Shown here one piece after another: positions 9,701 through 17,493 of a stretch of 51,014 bases of DNA (position 1 is its first letter; every line of letters begins with the position of its first letter). The translations under genes were made by a program, and so were the position numbers. The notes under the pieces are model-generated. The model saw nothing but the letters and a program-made list of their open reading frames with translations, searched no databases and was not told the DNA's origin. This DNA is from Bryobacteraceae bacterium (GTDB lineage Bacteria > Acidobacteriota > Terriglobia > Bryobacterales > Bryobacteraceae), in contig DASYPO010000224.1 in the NCBI GenBank assembly GCA_036006545.1, forward strand, positions 1 through 51,014. The letters are read 5' to 3'.

Positions 9701-11020
9701 TCGGGAGTTGTCACGATCGGCGATATACAGATTCCCGGCGGTGTCGAAGGCAAGTCCCTGGGGGCTGTTCAGCGTCGCCTGCGTGGCAGGACCGCCATCG
9801 CCGGAGAATCCCGGGGTGCCGTTTCCAGCAAAGGTGGTGAGGAATCCATCCTTGACCTTGCGGACGCGATATCCGTTGCGCTCCGAAAAATAAACCGAGC
9901 CTTCCTTGTCGACGGCGATGCCGTAGGGCAGCCCCAGAGGCGCGGTGAGCGCCAGCACGCCTTCTCCGGAGTAGCGATAATTCCCGTTGCCGGCGATGGT
10001 GTTGACGATTCCGTTCGAGATTTTGCGCACGCGCGCGTTGCCGCGGTCGCCGACGAAAACGTTCCCGCTGCGATCCACGGCCAAGTAGAGCTGGCCTTGA
10101 AAACGTGCGCTGAGCGCCGGCCCACCATCGCCCAGAAATCCTTTGTTGTTGGGATCGCCCGCGATCAGCACGTCGGTCGTCGCACCGGGCGCGAGCTTGT
10201 ACACGGCGTTGCCGCGACTGTAGTAGAGCGTGCCTCCGCTATCCGCCGCCAGGCCGTCCACGCCGTAGTTGGTCAGCGATGAGATTCTTCCGTTCTTGTC
10301 GATTTTGCGGATATGGCCGTTCTCCGCAATGTAGAGGTTGCCGGCGCCATCGAGGGCTAGATAATTCGGTGAGGATAGTTGCGCGTTGATCGCCGGTCCG
10401 TCGTTGCCGGCAAATCCCGCGGTGCCGGTCCCCGCAATGGTCGTGATGATTCCGTCCAGTCCAACTTTGCGGATGCGATTATTGCCCGAATCGCCGATGT
10501 ACACGTTGCCCGCGGCATCCACCGCGATCCCGTTATTGGGTGCGATCTTGGCCAGCGTGCCAGGGCCGTCGTCGCCCCCATAGCCCCCGAGCACGCCGGT
10601 GCCGCCCGCGATTCGCGTGATGATTCCGGCAGGTGTGACCTTGTTCACGTTCGAGCCAGTCAAAATGTACAGGTTTCCCTGTGCGTCGAAGGCGGCGGCG
10701 CGAGGCGAAAAAATTCCGGCGCTGGTAGCCGGGCCACCCTCGCCCGAGTTCAGAAACGTGAGCAGGCAAAAACCGTTTCCCGCGAGCACTTTGAATTTTC
10801 CGTCGGCTTGCACACGCCCGACCATGCAATCGTTGTTGACCACGATCACAGGATTTCCGTCGGGATCGAGCGTGATCCCAGAGAGGTCGCCGATGGGCGC
10901 GTTCAGGGCGGGTTTGCCGTCGCCCGGAAACACCCAATCGGTTCCGGCGAACGTAGTCAGGACGCTCTGCGCTTGCAGCAGCCCCGAGAGGCAAATCCAA
11001 AGAACAGTTTGCTTCACCAA
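6737..11020 (-). CDS. large secreted NHL-repeat protein with Ig-like modules and a Solibacter-type C-terminal domain (TIGR03437-like)
   Basis: Signal peptide MVKQTVLWICLSGLLQAQS. About 12 NHL-type blades (GNLYIAD..N.RIRKV pattern repeated). Ig-like modules follow, then a Cys-pair module (SGCSPTRL ... VTDDCFNPL). The C-terminus AGLTPGSTGLYQVNVVVPAG...VAIR matches the tails of the 39-51 kb paralogs. Confidence 0.9.
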   Translation of the reverse strand: MVKQTVLWICLSGLLQAQSVLTTFAGTDWVFPGDGKPALNAPIGDLSGITLDPDGNPVIVVNNDCMVGRVQADGKFKVLAGNGFCLLTFLNSGEGGPATSAGIFSPRAAAFDAQGNLYILTGSNVNKVTPAGIITRIAGGTGVLGGYGGDDGPGTLAKIAPNNGIAVDAAGNVYIGDSGNNRIRKVGLDGIITTIAGTGTAGFAGNDGPAINAQLSSPNYLALDGAGNLYIAENGHIRKIDKNGRISSLTNYGVDGLAADSGGTLYYSRGNAVYKLAPGATTDVLIAGDPNNKGFLGDGGPALSARFQGQLYLAVDRSGNVFVGDRGNARVRKISNGIVNTIAGNGNYRYSGEGVLALTAPLGLPYGIAVDKEGSVYFSERNGYRVRKVKDGFLTTFAGNGTPGFSGDGGPATQATLNSPQGLAFDTAGNLYIADRDNSRIRKVSPFGLITTFASGISNPIALAFDPSGNLLVARSGCCVERIDPTGKVTRFAGTGTPGNTGNGGPAVSAQIANPAGIEVDRAGNVYVTDHDNNLIRKIDAQGMIATFVSSGIGSPSALRFDAAGNLFVADHGGRVRKVTQAGAISVVAGGGPSDQLGDGKIATAASIPVVNEMAFDAAGNLYIADEYNYRVRVVPAATPSMQAFPSNLNFSAASGGAPLSKSVTVTGSLAGLDFAVAIDTPGPTKWLTADATTGSTPRVISLTADPTNLAPGSYSATVTITPTAATPAKITIGVTFDVGPPQPPQLATDQPNLSFTFPRGTAATSANLRVLNAGGGTINFTATAPAVSGGSFLAISPASGKLTPGKPVSLTVTANPGTLAPGTYTATIEIRGDAGGTVVIPVVMTISRLTQALRLTQTGISFTAVAKGGVVPTQTFGVVNVGTGVLNWTASTSTLAGGPNWLQISPRTGASSAAAVAPQVTVGVDATGLAAGNYYGLVRITAPGAANSPQVVTIFLEVLPAGSEPGAMVQPQELVFNATPGLTPGSQTLLVYSIGAGAKTFAIGRPPGFGVLVLPHEGALDPSQPSPVVIQPSGTFPVGTSTQILNFQFSDGRVQSVKLTVIATPAAASGNQVEDGSDTRAASGCSPTRLVPAMTSIGTAFAANAGWPVAITAKVTDDCFNPLVAGDVTVSFSNGDTPVPLHSLNDGTWQATWTSTHSGGGNLVLRLDAIDPKLNISGSREVDGSLKSDKDPPAFTKGSLGSAAYPVPYQPIAPGSFVSIFGNRLADGLAQATSVPLPEKLGNTVVVIAGEIAPLHIVSEGQINFLVPYGINTETPQQIQIQRGQTLSTPVTVDVAAAQPGIFLSGGVNAIVVAARSDGTQFLVSSSSPAQAGDTLVIYCTGLGPTDVSVAAGSPAPLDRLANTVSPVTVTIGDKTVNAGFAGLTPGSTGLYQVNVVVPAGVSGAAVPITLTVAGQTSRSAPVAIR

Positions 11021-11061
11021 TGTAAGAATACGTTCCTTATCCAGAGGTTGGATGGGCTCGC

Positions 11062-13905
11062 CTATTTGTAAACTCCCACAGCTTTGAAATCGCCGGCCTT
11101 GACGATCGAAACGGCTTCCGGATCAATGTGTTTGCGGAAGGCGGCGTTGATTTGCTCTGGTGTCAGCGACTGGATTTTCGCTTCGAGCTGTTCGTCCCAC
11201 TTCATGGTTCGGCCGTCCTGCTCGTGCTGCGCGAGAACGCCCAGCAACGCGCCGTCCTGTGAGCGGCCTACGCTGCGCGAATCGAGATACGCTTTCTTCG
11301 CGTCGGCAACTTCCTGCGCGGTGAAGCCTTCCTTCAGAGTGCGCTTCAGCTCATCTATGTAGCTGAATTCGACCTTGGGACCGTTCACCGGATTCAGGCT
11401 GACTGTCGCCGAGAGCATGGCCGAATCGCCTTCAGAAGGAATCGCGACGCGGGCGTTCGCGCCATAGCTCAAGCCTTCGCGATTGCGGATGCGATCGGAA
11501 ACGTGCGACGTGATCGGTCCGCCGAACATGTAGCCGGCCAGCAGCATGGCGGGATAATCGGGATGCTCCTGCGACATTGGGAAACGCACGCCGGCTTCGA
11601 ATTGCGCGTTGGCCTTGTCGGGAGTTTCGATCTTGGTGTTGATGGGCGCGGCTTTCTTGAATTTCGTATCGATGCGCTTGTACGTCATCGACGTGTTCCA
11701 GTTGCCGAGCAACTCCGCCGCGAGTTTCTGCACGTCCGCGGCCGGCACGGGACCGACTTCGGCGAACACGCCATAGTTCGCGCCATAGAACCGGGAGTGG
11801 AACGCTTTTACGTCGGCGAGCGTGACTTTTTTCAACTCGGCTATTTGCTCCTCACGCGTGGGGCTGTAGAGCACGTCGCCCTTGGTCCATGGCGTCAGGT
11901 GGCGCTGCAGTAATTCGGTCGCGAGCTGGGTGGGCTCGGTCGGAACGTTCTCTAGTGCCTTGAGCCGCTGCGTGCGCGCCAGTTCGAATTCGGTTTCAGG
12001 ATAAGCCGGCTCCTTCAGCATCTCCACTGCGAGTCGAAGTGCGGGCGCGAAATTCTTGGCTGGCACGGTGATGCTTGCGCTGGCGCTTGAAACGCCGCCG
12101 CCCCCGCCAAATCCGCCGCCGCGTCCTCCACGACCGCCGCCTCCTCCACCACCACCGCCACCGCTGACCGCGATATTCGCGTCCAGCTTGCGCATCTCAT
12201 CCTGCAACTGCTGACGCGTGTGGCTCTTCGTTCCGCCGCGTTGGATCAGCGATCCGGCGAATTGAGCCGCGGCGTTCTGACCCTTGAGGGTGGTCGCGTC
12301 ACCGAAACGAAGATCGATGGTCGCGAGCACCATGCTGTTCGCGGTTTCCTTGGGCAGCACGACGACCTTCATTCCGTTCGCCAGTTTGGAGCGGACGACG
12401 CGTGCTTCGATATTCGCGGGCGTAGGATCGAATCGCTCGGCCTTCGAAATCGTAACCTTGCTCGAGTAGTTGGCGAACAGCGAACTGAAGGTGGGCGTCG
12501 GCGGAATCACCGTGCGATCCGGCACGGCGTCGGGAATGTAGTAGCCGACGGTGCGGTTGGACGCTTTGAAATACGCCTGCGCGACGCGGAGCACATCGGA
12601 TGGACCGATGTCTTCCAGGCGATCGTGTTGCAGGAACATCAGCCGCCAGTCGCCCTGCGCAATGGCGGCGTTGAGCGCGCCGGTGGCGATCGACTGCGGA
12701 TCGCTGAGGCTGCGTTCGAGATTGCGGAGCAGACCGGTGCGGACGCGATCGACCTCTTCTTTGGTCGGCGGATTCTTGAGTACGTCGGCCAAGGCGTCGA
12801 TCAGCGCCTTACGCGCCGCGTCGAGCGACTGGTCCTTGTTGAGATTCGCGGTGAGGAAAATGAGACCGGGATCGTGCTGCAACTGCGCGTTCATGCTAGC
12901 CGATTCCGCGAGCTTGGTATCGACGACGGCTTTCGTCAGCCGCCCTTCTCCGCCGCCACCGCCGCCGCGTCCACCTCGGCCACCGCCGCGTCCGCCACCA
13001 CCGCCGCTCATAATTCCCGAGAGCACCTGCAGCGCCGCCGAATCGGGATGGCCAGCTGCGGGGCCATGGTACGCGATTACCACTTCCTGACCTTGACCGA
13101 CGCGACGCAGTTCGACATAGCGCTCGCCATCCTGCGCGGGCTCGACCGTATAGGTCTGTTCGACGGGGGTGCTCGGACGCGCAATCTTCCCGAACGTGTC
13201 GGCGACCATCTGAAGAGTCTTGCTTTCGTCAAGACGACCGGTGATCACGAGCACGGCGTTGTCGGGCCGGTAGTATTTCTTGTAGAACGCAGCGGGCCGC
13301 TCGATCGGCACCCGCTCGAGATCTTCTTTGGAACCGATGGTCGACTTGCCATAGTTGTGCCACAGGTAGGCGGTAGCCTCGACGCGCTCACGCAGCACTC
13401 GCTCCGGGCTGTTCTCGCCGCGCTCGAATTCGTTGCGCACTACGGTCATTTCGGTGTCGAGAATCTGCTTGGTGAACTTGACGTTGACCATGCGATCGGC
13501 TTCGAGGCCCAGCGCCCATTTGAGATTCTCATCAGTGGCGGTGACGGTTTCGTAATAGTTGGTGCGATCGGACGAGGTGGTGCCGTTCCACTGCGCTCCG
13601 CGGTCGACGATTTCTTTTTTGATCTGACGGCCGTTGGTGGTCTCAATGAAGTTGAGATGCTCGAGCAGATGCGCCATGCCAGTTTCGCCGTAGCCTTCAT
13701 GACGCGAGCCGACCAGGTAGGTGACGTTGATGGTGACCTTGGGATTAGCCTGATCGGGATACAGCAGGACCTTGAGGCCGTTGGGGAAATTGTATTCGGT
13801 GATGCCTCCCATGGAGGCTTTTTTCTGAACCCCGGTCGGCAGCGTTTGGGCCAACGAGATCGACGCGAGCGAGAGGGCGATGGCAAGAGCGCGTGTGTAA
13901 GTCAT
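11062..13905 (-). CDS. M16-family zinc metallopeptidase (pitrilysin/insulinase-like, two fused halves) with Gly/Arg-rich inserts
   Basis: Signal peptide, the inverted zinc motif HLLEH (MAHLLEHLNF) and a downstream RNEFERGEN glutamates region. A second, inactive-type half follows. Two low-complexity tracts are present: GGGGGRGGGRGGRGGGGGGEGR and GGGGGGGGGGRGGRGGGFGGGGG. Confidence 0.9.
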   Translation of the reverse strand: MTYTRALAIALSLASISLAQTLPTGVQKKASMGGITEYNFPNGLKVLLYPDQANPKVTINVTYLVGSRHEGYGETGMAHLLEHLNFIETTNGRQIKKEIVDRGAQWNGTTSSDRTNYYETVTATDENLKWALGLEADRMVNVKFTKQILDTEMTVVRNEFERGENSPERVLRERVEATAYLWHNYGKSTIGSKEDLERVPIERPAAFYKKYYRPDNAVLVITGRLDESKTLQMVADTFGKIARPSTPVEQTYTVEPAQDGERYVELRRVGQGQEVVIAYHGPAAGHPDSAALQVLSGIMSGGGGGRGGGRGGRGGGGGGEGRLTKAVVDTKLAESASMNAQLQHDPGLIFLTANLNKDQSLDAARKALIDALADVLKNPPTKEEVDRVRTGLLRNLERSLSDPQSIATGALNAAIAQGDWRLMFLQHDRLEDIGPSDVLRVAQAYFKASNRTVGYYIPDAVPDRTVIPPTPTFSSLFANYSSKVTISKAERFDPTPANIEARVVRSKLANGMKVVVLPKETANSMVLATIDLRFGDATTLKGQNAAAQFAGSLIQRGGTKSHTRQQLQDEMRKLDANIAVSGGGGGGGGGGRGGRGGGFGGGGGVSSASASITVPAKNFAPALRLAVEMLKEPAYPETEFELARTQRLKALENVPTEPTQLATELLQRHLTPWTKGDVLYSPTREEQIAELKKVTLADVKAFHSRFYGANYGVFAEVGPVPAADVQKLAAELLGNWNTSMTYKRIDTKFKKAAPINTKIETPDKANAQFEAGVRFPMSQEHPDYPAMLLAGYMFGGPITSHVSDRIRNREGLSYGANARVAIPSEGDSAMLSATVSLNPVNGPKVEFSYIDELKRTLKEGFTAQEVADAKKAYLDSRSVGRSQDGALLGVLAQHEQDGRTMKWDEQLEAKIQSLTPEQINAAFRKHIDPEAVSIVKAGDFKAVGVYK

Positions 13906-13962
13906 GGGGGCCTTTCAGCGAGCGAATAGAGGATTATAGCAACCGTGGAAACGCGCACTGAA

Positions 13963-15267
13963 TTAGGGGAGCGCGCTGAACGACTCAGGTGGCTGACAAC
14001 CGCTCCACTGAGTTTTCCGAACCAGCTCGGCTCTGCGGTTCGCGGCGCGATGCTGGTCGGTGTCACTAATCCAGTAGGGACGAGAAGCCGCGCAGCCTTC
14101 GGTCGTAAACCGCTTGGGATCGACGCCGTGACGGACCAGCCAGTCCCGCACAAGGTTGGCGCGTTCGAGCGAAAGTTCCGGCGGACGCGACTCGGTTGAA
14201 TCCGCGTGAGCTTTGATGAACAGGTTCAAGCTGGGATCGCGCCGTAACTCGGAGAGTACAAGATTGAGCGCGGATTCAGAATCACCGGTCAGTCGCGCCG
14301 CATCTTGCGCAAAACGGATTTTTCCACCGCGGAACGGAAGAGTATCGTCGTGCAGCTTGCGTCTGCGCGCCAACTCGAGGGCCAACGCGGACTGAGGATC
14401 GATGCGGATGGGAACGTTCGAGAACTGTGCCGAGGTCAGGAACAGAAGCACATCCAGATCGTCCTGAATCCGACCGGTGGACAAGCGAAACCCGACATCA
14501 CGCACGTCGGCTGCACCCAGCCAGGTTCCACTGACTTCTGCAGCGGAGGGGACGGGCCAGCCGCGGATTCTGGATGCGATCGCGGGCGTGGCTCCTCCCG
14601 CGGCGAGAGCTTGCACTACGAGGGTCTTCCCAGGAAAGCGCGCATCGAGAATATGAATGAGGCTGTTCGGCAGCATTACGCGGCGCCCGATGTGCGCACC
14701 CCCGATGAACAGCAGCGCCTTGCGGCCTTTGCGCAGCACCTCCTGTTCGACCACCCAGGCGAAGTGCGCGTCACGCCAATCGTTCATGTCGTCGTCGGCC
14801 GGGCCGGTTACGCGGGTCCAGTCGACGGGAGGATCGCCGAGCAAAACACGGATTCGCCGCGGTGCAGGAAGGGTCCGGTTGAGCGCGCGGACACTGGTAA
14901 AGAAATCCCGGTAAATCGGTGAGGACCAGACGCCGCTGACCTGCGTCGTGTTCTCCCAGGCGGCGTTGAGTTCGTCTTCGCGCACATCACCGCCGTCGAT
15001 GTATCGGTCCATCACAGTCTGGTAGCGGCCATTGCCGAACTCGACGACGATGTCTGAGACCTTGCCTGCGAATCCCGGGTGCCGAATCAAAGCGGTGATG
15101 AAGTCCATCGTTTCGGGCGAACCGTGAGCCTCGCTCAGCGCAACAATGGGATAGCGGTCGAACGCGTCGACCAGGTATTGCAATGCCGGCCGCGGAGACG
15201 GATCGCGTAGCTGCGCCGTGAGACTCGACAGAAGCGCGAGCGCGACGACCACTAATCGCTTCGGCAT
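13963..15267 (-). CDS. secreted protein with an N-terminal ChaN/Tiki/erythromycin-esterase-like domain and a C-terminal OmpA-type peptidoglycan-binding domain
   Basis: Start chosen at the ATG at 15267 (MPKRLVVVALALLSSLTAQL signal peptide); the tracked ORF extends further upstream without support. Motifs YPIVALSEAHGS ... IVVEFGNGRYQTVMDRYIDGG resemble the GE.H / E..Q..D.Y pattern of ChaN-like domains. The C-terminus SLERANLVRDWLVRHGVDPKRFTTEGCAASRP...NRRAELV is OmpA_C-like. Confidence 0.75.
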   Translation of the reverse strand: MPKRLVVVALALLSSLTAQLRDPSPRPALQYLVDAFDRYPIVALSEAHGSPETMDFITALIRHPGFAGKVSDIVVEFGNGRYQTVMDRYIDGGDVREDELNAAWENTTQVSGVWSSPIYRDFFTSVRALNRTLPAPRRIRVLLGDPPVDWTRVTGPADDDMNDWRDAHFAWVVEQEVLRKGRKALLFIGGAHIGRRVMLPNSLIHILDARFPGKTLVVQALAAGGATPAIASRIRGWPVPSAAEVSGTWLGAADVRDVGFRLSTGRIQDDLDVLLFLTSAQFSNVPIRIDPQSALALELARRRKLHDDTLPFRGGKIRFAQDAARLTGDSESALNLVLSELRRDPSLNLFIKAHADSTESRPPELSLERANLVRDWLVRHGVDPKRFTTEGCAASRPYWISDTDQHRAANRRAELVRKTQWSGCQPPESFSALP

Positions 15268-15283
15268 CGCCAATATTCTAGTG

Positions 15284-15571
15284 CTACGTTCGTCGCAACA
15301 TTGCGGCGATGGATGCGTGGCCCTTCTTCGTGGCCCAAGCGAGGGGCGTGGCCCACGGCTCTGCGTCGGGTTCCACGGGATCGGCGCCACGATCGAGGAA
15401 CAGACGCACCAGTTCGTCGCGACCCCAGCGGCAGGCCCATCCGAGCGGCGTGCTCTTGAGCAGATCATCGCGCAGGTCCATGCGCGCGCCGGCATCCAGC
15501 AGCGCGGTCGCGAAGGCCACGCGTTCGTCGGCGGTAACGTGGTCGCCCATAGTTACGACGTTGTGGAGCAT
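15284..15571 (-). CDS. small ankyrin-repeat protein
   Basis: ANK-type repeats (TALLDAGARMDLRDDLLKSTPLGWACRWGRDELVRLFLDRGADP...TPLAWATKKGHASIAAML). Start taken at MLHNV (15571); it is uncertain because the ORF stays open up to 15721. Confidence 0.65.
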   Translation of the reverse strand: MLHNVVTMGDHVTADERVAFATALLDAGARMDLRDDLLKSTPLGWACRWGRDELVRLFLDRGADPVEPDAEPWATPLAWATKKGHASIAAMLRRT

Positions 15572-15708
15572 CGTATGTGGTTCTGCGGGCTTTCTGAGCG
15601 GGAAATCGAACTGTAGCAATCGAAGTGCGACGGGCTGAACACGACCGGCATCGCGCACCGTACATGCTATGATCGTCCCGCCACCCGGCGTGACACGGGC
15701 CAAACCAA

Positions 15709-16710
15709 ATGATCGACGCATTGGTCGTCGGACAACATTACTCCAACGAAGAGATATTTAGTTCGCTACGTGTGTCGAATGCGGGCGGCATTCGTGTCTC
15801 GCTGAATGGTCGAGCTGTCCTAAGAGCCGTCGTCATGACGTCGGTGCAAGGTATTCATAGCGCCGGAGAGAACCCCTACCATGACAGACTTGAGGGCGAC
15901 GTCCTCACCTACACGGCTGCAGGAAAGCTCGGCCAACAAACGCTTGCAGGCGTGAACAATCGGCTGATCGAACAGAAGACTTTCAATTTCCCGATACACG
16001 GTTTTGTTTTGGTCGCGAGCAGAAGAGACAGGTCGGTGGGACCAAAACGCTGGAGGTATCTGGGGTTACTCGAATACGTCCGCCATTATCCAGACACCGA
16101 ACTCGACGCAGACGGCAAGGTTCGAAAGGTCTGGCTATTTGAACTCAAGATTCACCACGATCGAGGACTCATCCCCCTTGAGAACGAAGCTGCAATATCA
16201 AATGAGCTACTTGTAATCTCCAGGCTCAAGGCTGCCGCTAGTGCTGACGATGATGTGATTATCGATGAGAACCGCCAAGAGGGAGCAGAGAACGTCGAAC
16301 GGATCGAACGCGTTCGAAGCAAATTGCTGGCGTTGCCACCGCAGAGCTTTGAGTTGTTTATCAAGGATCTGCTCGTGCATTGTGGATTCTCAGACGTCTG
16401 CGTTACTAAGTTCAGTTCCGATGGCGGCGTGGACGTGAATGCCCGAGTTGGCGGCCGGATTTGGGTCTTCGAAAACACGCTGGTCCAGGTGCAGGCTAAG
16501 CGCTGGCTTCATTCGGTCGGACGCAAGGAAGTCGCCGAGTTGCGTGGGAGCCTGCAACCGTTCGCGAAGGGTGCGGTCCTCACAACGAGTCATTTTTCAA
16601 AGGCAGCTATCAATGAGGCGAGCGAGGCCGGCAAGAACCCAATTACCCTTGTCGATGGCTTTCGCTTGTCCAGAGTTGTCCTTGATGAAGGATTCCCTCT
16701 CGGAGTATGA
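15709..16710 (+). CDS. type IV (modification-dependent) restriction endonuclease: N-terminal SRA/PUA-like reader fused to an Mrr_cat nuclease
   Basis: The C-terminal half, FELFIKDLLVHCGFSDVCVTKFSSDGGVDVNARV...VQVQAKRW...GAVLTTSHFSKAAINEA...ITLVDGFRL, is a textbook Mrr catalytic domain (D...QxK). The N-terminal half, ENPYHDRLEGDVLTYTAAGKLGQQTLAGVNNRLIEQ, resembles the Y.DD..G..l.YtG.Gg..dQ.l..gN.aL core of SRA-type domains (tentative). GC is visibly lower than the flanks. Confidence 0.85.
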   Translation: MIDALVVGQHYSNEEIFSSLRVSNAGGIRVSLNGRAVLRAVVMTSVQGIHSAGENPYHDRLEGDVLTYTAAGKLGQQTLAGVNNRLIEQKTFNFPIHGFVLVASRRDRSVGPKRWRYLGLLEYVRHYPDTELDADGKVRKVWLFELKIHHDRGLIPLENEAAISNELLVISRLKAAASADDDVIIDENRQEGAENVERIERVRSKLLALPPQSFELFIKDLLVHCGFSDVCVTKFSSDGGVDVNARVGGRIWVFENTLVQVQAKRWLHSVGRKEVAELRGSLQPFAKGAVLTTSHFSKAAINEASEAGKNPITLVDGFRLSRVVLDEGFPLGV

Positions 16711-16770
16711 ATACACCTCCAACGGAGGACACGAGCGATCAGCTAGCGACGCGATCGCAGGAAGGGATTC

Positions 16771-16947
16771 ATGAAGATCGACGAGAAGAGCGACCAATGG
16801 TTTCGCTCACGCGCCACTGAACTGTATCACGAAGACGGGGAGATCGAAGTGGCCCACGACGCACCCGTCTCTAGGGGGGATGATGAGGGGGCGTATGTGC
16901 AGGCGTGGGTCTGGATACCGCTAGACGAGGAAGAAGACGACGCGTAG
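16771..16947 (+). CDS. possible small acidic protein (58 aa), below the ORF-track cutoff
   Basis: ATG at 16771 and TAG at 16945-16947, hand-translated as MKIDEKSDQWFRSRATELYHEDGEIEVAHDAPVSRGDDEGAYVQAWVWIPLDEEEDDA. It lies 60 nt downstream of the Mrr-like gene on the same strand, inside the same insert. Confidence 0.3.
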   Translation: MKIDEKSDQWFRSRATELYHEDGEIEVAHDAPVSRGDDEGAYVQAWVWIPLDEEEDDA

Positions 16948-16990
16948 TTGCAGCGTCGCGAGCCTAATTCATGAAGTGTTGATCGGGCTC

Positions 16991-17097
16991 GTGCTACGTT
17001 CGTCGCAACGTAGCGGCGATGGATGCGTGCTGCTTCTTCGTGGCCCAGGCAAGGGGCGTTGCCCACGGCTCGGCGTCAGGTTCCACGGTGTCGGTGC
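16991..17097 (-). pseudogene. orphan 3' fragment of an ankyrin gene (diverged duplicate of 15281-15387)
   Basis: Manual ungapped alignment with 15281-15387 gives 94/107 identical. It would encode ...VEPDAEPWATPLAWATKKQHASIAATLRRT*. An in-frame TAG lies at its upstream edge, so it has no 5' part. Confidence 0.6.
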
Positions 17098-17446
17098 TGA
17101 ACTAAGAGAGGTCGGGGCGCTCGGGCAGTTTTCGGGTAGGGATCGAGCGGTTCACAATGAGCTCCTTTCGGGGCCGCGCGGTTCCCGCGTCAGCCGCTGC
17201 GCCCGGTGTCCGCTCGCTCGGGCAGAAAAGAGTTCATTAACGCAAAACAATCTTCGGAAACTCAGGGGGACTCAGTCCCTTTCCGCGGACACGGTGGCAT
17301 CCTGATGAGCCACCGCCAGAATATCACGGGAGGCCCGCAGAATCGAGTCCGTCGCGATGCTGGGATCGATCGAAAAAATGCAACGTTAGCCCGATTGTCA
17401 GAATCTTCCAGGAGAGGGCCGGGGGCCTCCTGCGCACAGATGGGGC

Positions 17447-17474
17447 TTGACAAGCTTACGGCTCTGAATAGAAT
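17447..17474 (+). promoter_or_regulatory. candidate sigma70-type promoter for the small ORF-yvcK-glmU unit
   Basis: TTGACA (17447-17452), a 16-nt spacer, then TAGAAT (17469-17474). It sits about 20 nt upstream of the ATG at 17494. Confidence 0.3.
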
Positions 17475-17493
17475 AGGGATAACCTCCAATCCT

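Noticed and set aside
12093-13008. Simple-sequence (GGC/GGT/CGC)n tracts considered as non-coding microsatellites.
   Set aside because: They are in frame within the M16 peptidase and encode the Gly/Arg tracts. They are reported as a coding low-complexity finding instead.
12220-13929. Long alternative-strand or alternative-frame ORFs from the track. Examples: 12220-13929 (+), 9305-10282 (+), 6512-7651 (+), 31430-32941 (+), 31482-32573 (-), 19144-20160 (-), 27158-28075 (-), 36991-37842 (-), 41054-41896 (-), 3685-4374 (-).
   Set aside because: They lie antisense to, or out of frame with, genes that have strong family motifs. They are Arg/Gly/Pro/His-rich, as expected for shadow ORFs in high-GC DNA, and they contain no recognisable domains.
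15268-15495. N-terminal extensions of tracked ORFs. These are 13963-15495, 22675-24504, 34061-34318, 36202-36591 and 30836-34726 beyond 34303.
   Set aside because: In each case an internal start gives a clean signal peptide, Tat leader or TM helix. The extension overlaps a neighbouring gene or a repeat element.
17293-17314. A CUGAUGAG motif (17302-17309), which is the hammerhead ribozyme core sequence.
   Set aside because: The motif sits in the loop and 3' arm of a simple ggtggc/gccacc hairpin. No downstream GAAA, stem III or cleavage-site context could be found.
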